DNA of 64,000 nt from Naegleria gruberi. Lineage: Eukaryota. Position 1 is the first letter of the stretch; each line of letters starts with the position of its first letter. The DNA lies in the NCBI GenBank assembly GCA_000004985.1, contig GG738848.1. One strand, given 5' to 3'. The notes under the pieces were generated by a model, which worked only from the letters and a program-made list of their open reading frames with translations, was not told the DNA's origin and searched no databases. Position numbers and translations under genes: made by a program. Positions 52,648-62,975 of the stretch are shown piece after piece.

Positions 52648-54321
52648 ATGATTTTAATGAAACCACAGGGGTGCATTTTGTGGGTTCTTGTGGCGGTGAT
52701 TATTTTCTTTGGACAAGTGACATTATCACATGATAATTACATAATTTTAATGCCATTTCCTGATGTATCACATATTGTAGATAGTAAACAGATTGCTAGA
52801 GCCATTTCCATTATGAATATTACTAGTCAACCTGATCATTTATTTATTATCAATACTAGTGATGAGAGACAAGTTGTCGATCAAAATAATCAAAATTATT
52901 CAATGATTAATATCAAGGATTATTCTCCATATCACAATGCAATCAAAGGAAATTTAATTGAGAGAGTAAGAGCATTGGTTAGTGATTCTCAAATGACAGA
53001 TAGATATCAAGCAATGGTTGGATATTATTTTGATATTTACGAACCAACAATTAGAGGATTGGATGAATTATTCGAAACTCATCCTCAACTTTCTACTATA
53101 GATCCATCAAAACTCTTCTTTGTCATTGATGGCATCTACTCACCAGCAATTGAATGGTCAAGGAAAAGAGGAATCAGACATATTACATTGGCAAACACTC
53201 TCATTCTCATTCCACATCAATATAAACCAAATATTTTCCCACGAATGATTTATGAAAGAACTAGTTTGAGAAGAGGAAGAGAAATTTTGGAAAATGAAGG
53301 AATTTTGAAATTCTTTATGAATAGAATTGAAGAAAAATTGTTGAGATTCTTTGATTTTTTGAGGAATGTTATTTCATTATCGAATAGATTGAATGAAGTG
53401 AGAAAAAATTTGGGATATGAATCTGTTATGGGACCATTTGTTGATAGTTCTGATAGAGCTTCTATTTATTTTTCACTTCCTGGATTCGATTATGCCACAC
53501 CTCTTCCTGTAAATTATCATCTTGTTGGATTTACTAATACCATTGTTGATAATACTAAACTAAACGAAAGGGATGAAATTGTTGATGGTTGGATGGAAAG
53601 AAGCAATGCGAATCAAATAATTTATCTTTCATTTGGTACAAAGGCAAGATTATCTATCAATCACACTTGTGATTTTATTAGAAATATTCTATCAATTAAT
53701 TCAACTTATAATATTTTGATTTCTGAAAGAATTAACACTTGGAGTGATTTTGAAAAATGTAGAGGAATTCTTCCAGAATGGAAAAACCAAGTTTTAGTTA
53801 GACCTTGGTTAAATCAAGCTAAGGTATTGAGTAATCCGAAAGTTAAAATTTTCATTTCACATGGAGGAGCTCATTCCCTATTCGAATCCATTGAAAATCA
53901 AGTTCCAATCATGTTATTCCCTCAATTTGCTGAACAATTCCTGAACAACATTCGAGCAGAAGATTTAGGTTTTGGAAGAGCAATTTATGATCCAGCCAAT
54001 TCAGTTGAATTTACAAAACTATACAATGAATTGATGGAAAATACAAAAATCAAAACAAATTTGAAAAAGTGGGACAAAATTAATCAATTTCACACTCAAC
54101 ATTTCACTCAACTCGCTCAACACAATCAAATTTCACCAAATTTATTAATGGCCGCCAATGTAATTGAAAATATTATTGAAAATGGTGACGAACATTTAAG
54201 ATCAACTGAGAAACAACTTTATTTTATTGAAACAATTGATATTGTGCATTTACTTTTACTTTTATTAGTATTGCCACTATTGTTATTTCTTTCAAAGAGA
54301 TTTTTATTGAGAAGATCATGA
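52648..54321 (+). CDS. UDP-glycosyltransferase (GT1/UGT family) with a signal peptide and a C-terminal membrane anchor
   Basis: It has a signal peptide (ILWVLVAVIIFFGQVTLS). The UGT donor-binding signature region is FISHGGAHSLFESIENQVPIMLFPQFAEQFLN. The C-terminal TM and basic tail are IVHLLLLLLVLPLLLFLSKRFLLRRS. Confidence 0.8.
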   Translation: MILMKPQGCILWVLVAVIIFFGQVTLSHDNYIILMPFPDVSHIVDSKQIARAISIMNITSQPDHLFIINTSDERQVVDQNNQNYSMINIKDYSPYHNAIKGNLIERVRALVSDSQMTDRYQAMVGYYFDIYEPTIRGLDELFETHPQLSTIDPSKLFFVIDGIYSPAIEWSRKRGIRHITLANTLILIPHQYKPNIFPRMIYERTSLRRGREILENEGILKFFMNRIEEKLLRFFDFLRNVISLSNRLNEVRKNLGYESVMGPFVDSSDRASIYFSLPGFDYATPLPVNYHLVGFTNTIVDNTKLNERDEIVDGWMERSNANQIIYLSFGTKARLSINHTCDFIRNILSINSTYNILISERINTWSDFEKCRGILPEWKNQVLVRPWLNQAKVLSNPKVKIFISHGGAHSLFESIENQVPIMLFPQFAEQFLNNIRAEDLGFGRAIYDPANSVEFTKLYNELMENTKIKTNLKKWDKINQFHTQHFTQLAQHNQISPNLLMAANVIENIIENGDEHLRSTEKQLYFIETIDIVHLLLLLLVLPLLLFLSKRFLLRRS

Positions 54322-54574
54322 TTTCCTTCATTCAAAAAATTCTCTCTTTACAATAAATTCTCATTCCAATAACAACTCAAACCCCAATATATTCATGACA
54401 GATACAAAAAATTAATATTTTGGACAATTAGATAGATTACCACCATAAAAGTTCACTCGTCCACTCTTCGCTAAATATTTTTCAAGCAACTCAAAACTTT
54501 AAAAAAAAACAACCAAGTCAATATATCTCCCTGTTGCTTGAGTGGAAAGTAATCAAAAAAGAAGGCTTTGAAAG

Positions 54575-57058
54575 ATGGGCAATACATCATCGGTGGATGT
54601 TTCATCAATGAATGATACTACATTCATAACTCTTCCTTCGAATTATGCATCAGATTTACCTCCGCATCAACAAAGCCTCACATCCTCATCACTTTCTAAT
54701 ATAGAATATTCTAAACAAGATTTGGAGAATATAAACATTGTAAAATCAAAGCTATTACACTATCTACAAGTAAAAGGACAAGAAAATCAAGTTCCTGATC
54801 ATGTTTTAAATTTCATCATTGAACCACTTTCAGTTGAAAATGAATTAAAAGGTTCCTACTTAAATTCTGATTGGAAAATTACATCAAGAATGGTTGAAAT
54901 TTATGAATTTATGTGTTTTAAATATGTTCACAATAGTCATCACTGTAAAGAAGAGAAGGATTATAAAAAACTGTTGAGTGTGATGAGAGCACATTTGGCA
55001 ACTGCTCATGCCAATTCATTGAATACTTTTGATTTAAATACTAGTACAATAAGTAATGCATCATCAAATGCTAATACTTCCATTGCTGGAGGTAATAGTT
55101 TGAATAATAGTTTGGTTGATGAATCTACAAGTCCTCCAACCATTTCTTCCTCAATTTCACCTCCGACTGGTCATTCTGTTTCAGAGCATCAACAGCAATC
55201 ACTACAGAGCATATCTCATAATGTGAGTAATACTGTAGAATCTGAAAGTGTTATCAGTAGTGGTGGAGCCGCAGAAAGTGTTTCTACAGCTGGAAATGTT
55301 TCATCTCCAACTACAGATAAGAAACTTGACCTTTCATCCAAACGAAAAAGTCAATCATTTAGTGGAATATCACAACTTAATTTAAATGAAATTCAAGATA
55401 ATTTACAAAGTGGAAAATCATCTGAAATTAAAAAGACAGCTGCCAGTTCATCATTTACTGAACAATCTAGAAAAGTTTCTTCACCAAAATCACCAAAAGA
55501 TGAAGCCGATGATAAGAATGATTCTACTGCAAGCAAATTGAAGAGAACTCTTTCTAACTTGAAAAAAGTACCAAAACTTAAGCTTCCTGAACTTTCCTTT
55601 TCGAAATCTCCAAAATCATCCCGTGCTAACAGTGTCAGTTCACCAAAAGATAATCACAGTAGCTCTGCTCTTTCAATAACTTCCTCTGCAAGTACATCCA
55701 ATTTAGAAACATTGGATAAGAGAGCATCAATGAGAAGTATTCTCGTTGACACTAAATCACTCAATCAATCATCACATAATTCACATCAACAAGATAATAG
55801 TGAACATCACCAAACAAGTGAACAAGATAAGGGTACAAAGATTGGACTTCTTAAAAAGTTGGGTTCTTTCAAAAAGACAAAATCTGGAAATAACCTCAGC
55901 CAGAATAATTCTGTTTCGAACACACCTCTAGTGGATCCTTTTGCTGATGAAGTAACATCAACAATTACCACAGTTCCAGATGTTGACAGAATTTTAGCAA
56001 ATACAGAACATGATTTTGATGATAAATTTAAGGCGCTCAAATCTCAGTACATTGAAGAGAGAAAACAAAAGAGAGAACAATATCACACTCACAATTTGTG
56101 TTTCAACGACCATGAATTTATGGAACATGAAAATTTTGAGCATGCCAAAGCAATAGATGATCTATTGGCTAAACGAGTTTGTTCAGGTAGAGAAGATGTT
56201 GTTAAGAATGAAATTGATATGAAACGACTCTTTTCTAAAAACGATGAGCTGCCTTCTTATATTAAGGAAAAGCTCGATATTATATCACATCAGAGAGATT
56301 TATCAAATCAATTGATAGGTATCAAATTATTGGTCATTGACTGTTCATGCAAACAATCTATTATTCGAATGCTTTCTCCTGTGAAGGAAACATTAGAATT
56401 CTCCAACAGTAAAACTAAAGGGTATGAATTGGGACTAGTGGTTGGACCTTGGTTATTAACTTATCATGAAGATGTTGGATTAGTTATTCCTTCAAAGATT
56501 ATTCCACCACTCGAAAATATACTATTTGACTTGGGAACTTTGGATTTATCCTCAAGTTTAGAACAACTATGTCAGGAATTATCCACTACAATCATTGAGT
56601 GGAATACAAAGAAATTTTACAGTAAGAACAATTCAGAAATGCCTGACTATCTTAAAGAGGTTTCTAAATTAAATATGACATCTGGCAGTTCCTATGACTT
56701 TGTGATGGAAATATTGAGTAATCTTGGAATTAGATTGAACCTATCTGATAATCCTTCTTTACAACTCTTATTTTCTAACATTAAGAATAACGGTTCATCT
56801 CCAATGGTTTGGATTACTGACAAGAATGAAGAAGTTGTATTTGAAACTCATGCACAACTCGATGAGTATGTGAACAATTTATCCAAGTCAAGCAATAATA
56901 CGATAGCAATGTATAGATCCTTGGATTGGGAACTTTTGAAATCATATGATAGAGTTTTTTGGGCTAAACATTTAACAACTATTGATAGTACATTTGATCC
57001 AAGCTTCAATCATGAAACTACAATTAACTGCCCTTTCAAACATCCTTATCTAATCTAA
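54575..57058 (+). CDS. Hypothetical protein with an N-myristoylation consensus (MGNTSS), a long Ser-rich disordered region and a C-terminal globular domain
   Basis: The 827-aa ORF starts with MGxxxS. Residues 150-480 are dominated by S/N/T. The C-terminal about 330 aa are of ordinary composition. No family was recognised. Confidence 0.45.
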   Translation: MGNTSSVDVSSMNDTTFITLPSNYASDLPPHQQSLTSSSLSNIEYSKQDLENINIVKSKLLHYLQVKGQENQVPDHVLNFIIEPLSVENELKGSYLNSDWKITSRMVEIYEFMCFKYVHNSHHCKEEKDYKKLLSVMRAHLATAHANSLNTFDLNTSTISNASSNANTSIAGGNSLNNSLVDESTSPPTISSSISPPTGHSVSEHQQQSLQSISHNVSNTVESESVISSGGAAESVSTAGNVSSPTTDKKLDLSSKRKSQSFSGISQLNLNEIQDNLQSGKSSEIKKTAASSSFTEQSRKVSSPKSPKDEADDKNDSTASKLKRTLSNLKKVPKLKLPELSFSKSPKSSRANSVSSPKDNHSSSALSITSSASTSNLETLDKRASMRSILVDTKSLNQSSHNSHQQDNSEHHQTSEQDKGTKIGLLKKLGSFKKTKSGNNLSQNNSVSNTPLVDPFADEVTSTITTVPDVDRILANTEHDFDDKFKALKSQYIEERKQKREQYHTHNLCFNDHEFMEHENFEHAKAIDDLLAKRVCSGREDVVKNEIDMKRLFSKNDELPSYIKEKLDIISHQRDLSNQLIGIKLLVIDCSCKQSIIRMLSPVKETLEFSNSKTKGYELGLVVGPWLLTYHEDVGLVIPSKIIPPLENILFDLGTLDLSSSLEQLCQELSTTIIEWNTKKFYSKNNSEMPDYLKEVSKLNMTSGSSYDFVMEILSNLGIRLNLSDNPSLQLLFSNIKNNGSSPMVWITDKNEEVVFETHAQLDEYVNNLSKSSNNTIAMYRSLDWELLKSYDRVFWAKHLTTIDSTFDPSFNHETTINCPFKHPYLI

Positions 57059-57060
57059 CT

Positions 57061-58368
57061 TTATAATTTGTTTATCAAATTTACAATTCCAGTAACGGTT
57101 CTCATGTAATGATCAGGTAAAAAGTCAATAAACAAGTGGAAACTATGAAGTGGAATATTTTCTCTCTGAATACTGACACTGGAACTGGTTGCTTTCAAAT
57201 TATCAATAACAGTTTCAATTTCATGACTAAATCTCTCTCTGCCAGAGTATGAAATAAACATTCCCTTTGGCAGAACAGATGAAACTCTTTGCCATTGATC
57301 TGCTGTCCACAGATATGGAGAGAATTGTTTGACTCTTTCCTCTTCACCAAGACCACATGGAATACCATTTAGTTTCCACTCTCTCAAATCAGTATTTCTC
57401 ACAAGTCTATCCTGATGAAATAAATCTGATAATTCTGGTGTTGCCATTTGTAAATCACACCAAGGACTCAACAAGATAGCACCTTTTAGGGCTGTCATGT
57501 ATTTCCCTTCCGTTGATGAATCCAATTGAGACAGTTTATCTGCCAGTAACCAACACAAATTAGCCCCAGCACTCTCGCCAATGACATAAATTTCAGAATG
57601 ACCCTTTTCTTCCACTAGCCATTTCAAAGATCTTAATGCTTCCTCAATTATTCCTTCAATTTCTCCCAATGGAAAAGTTGTGTATTCCAATCCTAATAAG
57701 TCGAACTTATGCTCTGAGCACCATCGTTCATGAATGTAACATAATTCTCCAACACCTGTCACATAGGCGCCACCATGGAAATGTAAGATGGCGACCTTTC
57801 TGCTTTCATTCCTTGCAAAATTAAAGAAAAAACTCTTTACAGAACTTCCCTTTAAGGTAAAATCAGGGAATTCATCAGGTTGATTAAAAGGTCCTGCATT
57901 CAAAGCAAATATAGCATTACTTGATTTCTTCTTCATTTTGGCCAAGTTTTCAGCAATTTGTTCTTTTGTATATGGTTTCAAATCCTTCGGAAGAGCTTTT
58001 AAATTATACTTTAATGGACCAAAAACAGAGTCAGCTACTCTAATGGTGGCCAATTCTCTACAATCCAATCCTTGCAGTACAATGGCTCTATATAATTCTG
58101 CCTTCTCTTTATCATTTAAATTTTCCTTACTCGACAACTCTTGAATAAGCTGAGGATGGTTTGGTTTACGAATTGAAATATCAGAACACTCCAACCAATA
58201 GAAATAATTATAGATAGAGTAGGAAATCATCGCCATTAAACTCCTCTTATAAACTCTCTTGCCGATTATTAAGAGGGTTGCTACTGTGGCTGTAAGACCA
58301 ACTACAAAGAACATTTGATGACCTTTTTTCTTGTTTTTTTTAATATTAATAAAAGCCATAAAGTTCAT
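57061..58368 (-). CDS. Alpha/beta-hydrolase fold-3 esterase/lipase (hormone-sensitive-lipase/AADAC-like) with an N-terminal membrane anchor
   Basis: The oxyanion-hole motif is HFHGGAY. The nucleophile elbow is GESAGANL (GxSxG). The N-terminal TM is FFVVGLTATVATLLIIG. It sits 27 nt downstream of tRNA-Ala on the same strand. Confidence 0.75.
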   Translation of the reverse strand: MNFMAFINIKKNKKKGHQMFFVVGLTATVATLLIIGKRVYKRSLMAMISYSIYNYFYWLECSDISIRKPNHPQLIQELSSKENLNDKEKAELYRAIVLQGLDCRELATIRVADSVFGPLKYNLKALPKDLKPYTKEQIAENLAKMKKKSSNAIFALNAGPFNQPDEFPDFTLKGSSVKSFFFNFARNESRKVAILHFHGGAYVTGVGELCYIHERWCSEHKFDLLGLEYTTFPLGEIEGIIEEALRSLKWLVEEKGHSEIYVIGESAGANLCWLLADKLSQLDSSTEGKYMTALKGAILLSPWCDLQMATPELSDLFHQDRLVRNTDLREWKLNGIPCGLGEEERVKQFSPYLWTADQWQRVSSVLPKGMFISYSGRERFSHEIETVIDNLKATSSSVSIQRENIPLHSFHLFIDFLPDHYMRTVTGIVNLINKL

Positions 58369-58394
58369 CTAATTTAAGGAGGCAAAAGGTTAAG

Positions 58395-58467
58395 TGGAGA
58401 TGCGGGGTATCGATCCCCGTACCTCTTCCATGCTAAAGAAGCGCTCTACCATGTGAGCTACATCCCC
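58395..58467 (-). tRNA. tRNA-Ala, anticodon AGC
   Basis: The reverse complement GGGGATGTAGCTCACATGGTAGAGCGCTTCTTTAGCATGGAAGAGGTACGGGGATCGATACCCCGCATCTCCA folds as a cloverleaf. The acceptor is GGGGATG/CATCTCC with a G3-U70 wobble, the Ala identity pair. The anticodon loop is TTAGCAT. The T-arm is CGGGG ATCGATA CCCCG. Confidence 0.85.
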
Positions 58468-59181
58468 TTACATTCATATTGAAAATATTTTATTGTTGAA
58501 CAGCAAACTCAGTCGAGGAAGGGCGTGAAATGTTTCCACGAATGGGATTTGACTGAAAGAAATGATGGAACGTTTCCAGATATTGTTGAGGCTGTTCATG
58601 AGATACCTTTTATTTCTAGTTATAAGGGAGATGAGGAACTTGACAACATATTCGAAAGTATGCATTTAGAGTAACTTCTCTGATGCTAGATTATCATCAC
58701 TAGACACAGATTATTGAGTTCTTACTAATATATCGAATAGATATGAGTGTAACAGAAAATACATGGAACAGAATTCTCATTTTCAACATAACTCTTTGTG
58801 GATTGGAAAAAATCAGGCAATCTTCTATTGTTATCATTTGCAACTGTAAACATTCCTGCATCCTTCAAAGGAATTGGAATAAACATAGAGTGAGGGGACG
58901 AAAATTCTTTCACGATACCAGTAAATTACTTGTTTTTGAAAAATTGAATAGACCAGCAAAAATGTTCCTTCAAGTCATGATGACGGAAAATTGCCCAGAA
59001 CATCAATGATTGTAAAGTACGATTGATGATGCTTGATTGATGTGTCCCTCTGTCTGACACTCCTGTTACCAGATAAAAAAAAATTACACACAATCCTGAG
59101 CATACAGTTGTGTTAATAACTCATTAAAAGCACTAAAGAACACTCGGTTACCGTTTCAACAAAGCAGTATCAAATTTCACA

Positions 59182-61173
59182 ATGAGCAAGGGAAGAGACG
59201 CAATTCTTAGATGGTGCCAACGTAACTCTTATGGTTATGATGGTGTAGAAATTGATAATTTTGATTCATCATTTGCCAGTGGTTTGGCATTCTGTGCTCT
59301 CTTGGACAGTGTAAGTTGTTTCTTTCACAAAATTCTAATTCTAGGTTTTTAAAATTTTAATCAATTTGATGATTTGAATTTTTCAATTTTAATATTTTCA
59401 AATTCTTGTGATGATGGTGATAATTGTTTTTTAATTTTTTACTCTGTGTAGCAACGTCCTGATCTTCTTAAGGAATCTGGATTGGAATGGAGCGACTTGG
59501 TTAATGATTTTAGCAGAAATGAAAGATTAGAATGGGCTTTCGGAAAGGCTGATGAAATTGGCATTCCAAGATTGTTGGACCCAGAAGATGTTGATGAACA
59601 AAAACCAGATCCAAAGGTTGTAATAACCTATCTCTCTGGAATGATTCGTTTCTTCCAGGAGGATGATGGTGGATCAGAGGCTACCATTGATAGACCAACT
59701 GGTTCTTTCGCTGCTTCCATTGATGATTTAATTAATGGTGGTGGAAAGAAGAAGCCTTCTGGTGGTGATCAAACACCTCCACCATCATCAGCTAAGGTTC
59801 CACAATTAAAGGCTACCGGAAAGTCTGATTCAACACCACCTGCTGCCTCTCCTAGAAAAGATGTACCAGTTGAAAAACAATTGGAAAATCTTGAAAAGAT
59901 GTACCAAAAGGGTTTACTTAACGAAGAATCCTATGAAAAGAGTAAACAAAAGATTATGGAAAAGATTAAGGAACAACAAGCCCAATTGAGTGCTAGAAGT
60001 GATCATTCTTCAAATTCCGAAACTTCATCCAATTCATCATCTTCTCAACAAACAACAAGTGAAGATAAGACACAAAAGGCTCTTGCCAACTTGCAAAAAC
60101 TCTATGAAAAGGGTACTTTATCTGAAGAAGAATATAAGAAGGCAGTTGAAAAATTGAAGGCTAAATCAGCTCCAGTTACTACAAGTGAAGTCAAACCACA
60201 ACAAACAACTGAACAATCATCATCTTCATCTTCAGTTGATACATCAAAATTCTCTCCAGAACAATTGAAGCAATATGAAAAATTGACCAAGATGCTTCAA
60301 AGTGGTTTATTAGGAGAAGCTGAATATCAAAAATCATTGAATAATTTAATTGATAAGGTCAACAAGTCTCAACCAAGTACAAGCTCACAACAAGAATCTC
60401 CAGTTGTCACCAAACAACCAAATCCACTCATTGAAAAGATTCAAGATACCAAAAAGTTGAATAATTTGAAGACTCTCCTCAACAAGGGTGTCATTACTGA
60501 AGAAGAATTTGATAAATCGATCACTAAGCTCTATCAACAAGAACAAGAAAAGCAAAATTCTGCTCCTTCCACTCCTCCACCAACTGCTGAACCATCATTT
60601 GATGGTGTTGATATTGATAGTTTGAAGGAAGAAGATTTTGATGAAAAGACTAAAGGACGTGTTAAGGCCATTGAAAGAATGTACAAGGCAGGTCTCTTCA
60701 AGGATAACGAATATGCCCATGCTAGAAGAAAGGCCATTATGCAAGGTCTTCAAGAAGCTGGTGGTAAATTCACTCCATCTCCTGTTACTGAAACAAAGGA
60801 ACCTGAAGTCAAGCCAGTTGCTGAAGAAAAGCCACAAAAGAAGAGAACTAACAGTGTTTTCATCCAACAACCTAATCTTCCAAAGGAAATTAATGCTGAT
60901 GTTGAGGATTATCGTATTCTCTATGAAAAGTTGTTGAAGGAACACGAAAAATTGGCAGCTGACTTTGATGAAATTCAAGAAGATTATGAGGAATTGAAGG
61001 AACAATTATCTACTGTCTATGATGAAAAGAAGAAGGATGTTGAAGTTCCAGAAGAACTCAAACCAGTCTTGAAGAAGATTGGCCTCAAGAAGAAGCAATC
61101 TGGTAAGAAATTGGATGTTGTCATTATTTATTCTTCTGATGATTCTCTCGTCACTGAAAAGGTCACTCTTTAA
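59182..61173 (+). CDS. Calponin-homology (CH) domain protein with tandem SHOCT-like ~30-aa repeats and a C-terminal coiled coil. Two exons (59182..59310, 59452..61173).
   Basis: Exon 1 gives MSKGRDAILRWCQRNSYGYDGVEIDNFDSSFASGLAFCALLDS. The intron GTAAGT..TGTGTAG (59311..59451) joins it to QRPDLLKESGLEWSDLVNDF..AFGKADEIGIPRLLDPEDV, which completes a CH domain. Five or six repeats follow (59870..60755): LENLEKMYQKGLLNEESYEKSKQKI, LANLQKLYEKGTLSEEEYKKAVEKL, YEKLTKMLQSGLLGEAEYQKSLNNL, LKTLLNKGVITEEEFDKSITKL, IERMYKAGLFKDNEYAHARRKA. Confidence 0.65.
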
Positions 61174-61331
61174 AATTGTAAATAAACTCTATAAAACTGA
61201 AAAGAATCCAAAATATTATGCATAATGGACCAAAAGATCTTTTCATCCATACATAATCACCAATTGATTGATTGTAATACATCAAAATTTGACATTTATT
61301 GATAGGATAATAAAAACATATTCAAATAAAA

Positions 61332-62396
61332 ATGATTCAACAAGATCCGTCATCTTCAGAGCAAAATCAACAACAACAACATCACCACAATGATGAAAAT
61401 GTTCCGAAAACAAAACAACGAAAATTAAGTATTCGAGAAGTCGAAGAGAGACACACATTCAGAATTGCCTCTTTCAATGTAGAAAACTTGTATGGTAGAT
61501 ATTGCTTTAACAAGGCACAAATGGCAAAGATATCCAAGCAATGTTTGGGACGCAAAGGAAGTCTTGAATTTGGTGTCAATGATGTACAAACTAATTTAAC
61601 TATTGCTGATGAAGATAGTAAAAGAATTACAGCTGAAGCAATAAAACAAGTGAATGCAGATGTGATTTGTTTGATGGAGGTGGAATCTTTGCAAGTATTG
61701 GACTCGTTCAATGAAAAATATTTACAATCAATGAATTATGCCTATTCAATTTTAATAGATGGAAGAGATCCTCGTAGTATTGATGTTGGAGTTTTATCAA
61801 GATATCCAATTGTAAATATTCGTTCAAATAGACATGCTACCTATCCAGGTGAAAAGACCAGATACATTTTCTCAAGAGATTTACTTGAATTGGATATTGA
61901 ATTTCCAGGAAATAATAATTTGACAATTTATGCAACTCATTTGACATCTATGAGTAAGGGAAGAGAAGAATCAAAAGATAGAAGACTTGTACAAGTTGAT
62001 TATATTTGTGATAGAATTGAAAAATCTTGGAAAGATAAGAATTATAAGGGAAATTTCATTGTTTTGGGTGATATGAATGACTATAATGATTCTGAAACAA
62101 GTTTAGGAAAATTATTGAAACATGACCACATGGCTGACATTATTTCACAAAGATTGCCATCTGATGAACAATGGACTCACTATTACAATAGAGGTAATGC
62201 TTACAATCAACTTGATTACATGTTTATTTCAAAACATTTACTTCTTAGAAACCCAAGAGCTAAACCAGTTATCTTCAGAAAGGGTCTCCCAAAAAGAGCC
62301 CATTCTTTCACTGGAAAAAGAATTAAGGGTGTTGGCCAAAATGAACCAAAGGCCTCAGATCATTGTCCAGTCTATGTCGACCTATCATTTGACTAG
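61332..62396 (+). CDS. Endonuclease/exonuclease/phosphatase (EEP, DNase I-like fold) family protein
   Basis: The N-terminus has a poly-Q/H low-complexity stretch. EEP core motifs follow: FRIASFNVENL (the N-terminal Asn/Glu), DVICLMEVES, a catalytic Asp/His region (GDMNDY, ..SDHCPVYVDL at the C-terminus). Confidence 0.6.
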   Translation: MIQQDPSSSEQNQQQQHHHNDENVPKTKQRKLSIREVEERHTFRIASFNVENLYGRYCFNKAQMAKISKQCLGRKGSLEFGVNDVQTNLTIADEDSKRITAEAIKQVNADVICLMEVESLQVLDSFNEKYLQSMNYAYSILIDGRDPRSIDVGVLSRYPIVNIRSNRHATYPGEKTRYIFSRDLLELDIEFPGNNNLTIYATHLTSMSKGREESKDRRLVQVDYICDRIEKSWKDKNYKGNFIVLGDMNDYNDSETSLGKLLKHDHMADIISQRLPSDEQWTHYYNRGNAYNQLDYMFISKHLLLRNPRAKPVIFRKGLPKRAHSFTGKRIKGVGQNEPKASDHCPVYVDLSFD

Positions 62397-62975
62397 TACT
62401 AACATTTAAGATCCAATTGTATAAACTGGAGATGTTTAATCTTCAAAATTTAGGACAATAATTGCCTCACTTTCTCCAATAACTTTTGTACAAAAGATAT
62501 TGAAGAAACAGCCATAATAAAAAATGAATCATCAAAATCTCTAATGGAATAGTTGAGTAATCAGGTAAAAATTGAGAAGTATAAAACTGCAGAGGTCACT
62601 TCCGGGTTTTTTACAGCAATCACCTTCCATGACCCTAACCTGCAGCTCGAGGCATTCTTGGGAAGAGAGTTCGGTTTGCAGTATGATTGCTACCAAATCA
62701 TTCATCCAGTGATCTATTAGAAAATTTATTGAAATTAATATTTTTTACTTTTGGTTGCAAAATATTTGCAAATATCAAAAATTTGCGTAAATTTACGTTC
62801 ACTTCGCCAATAGGAGACTAAAGTCTACAACACAAGAATCCCTTGAAGATAATTCAACAATCTCCATATACGCCTTGTACATTTTCACCTTTCCAACATT
62901 TTCCAATTGAAATATGGATTATTTAACAAGTGAACCATTACCACTTAGACCCTTAGATTCTAGAAATAGGATAAG

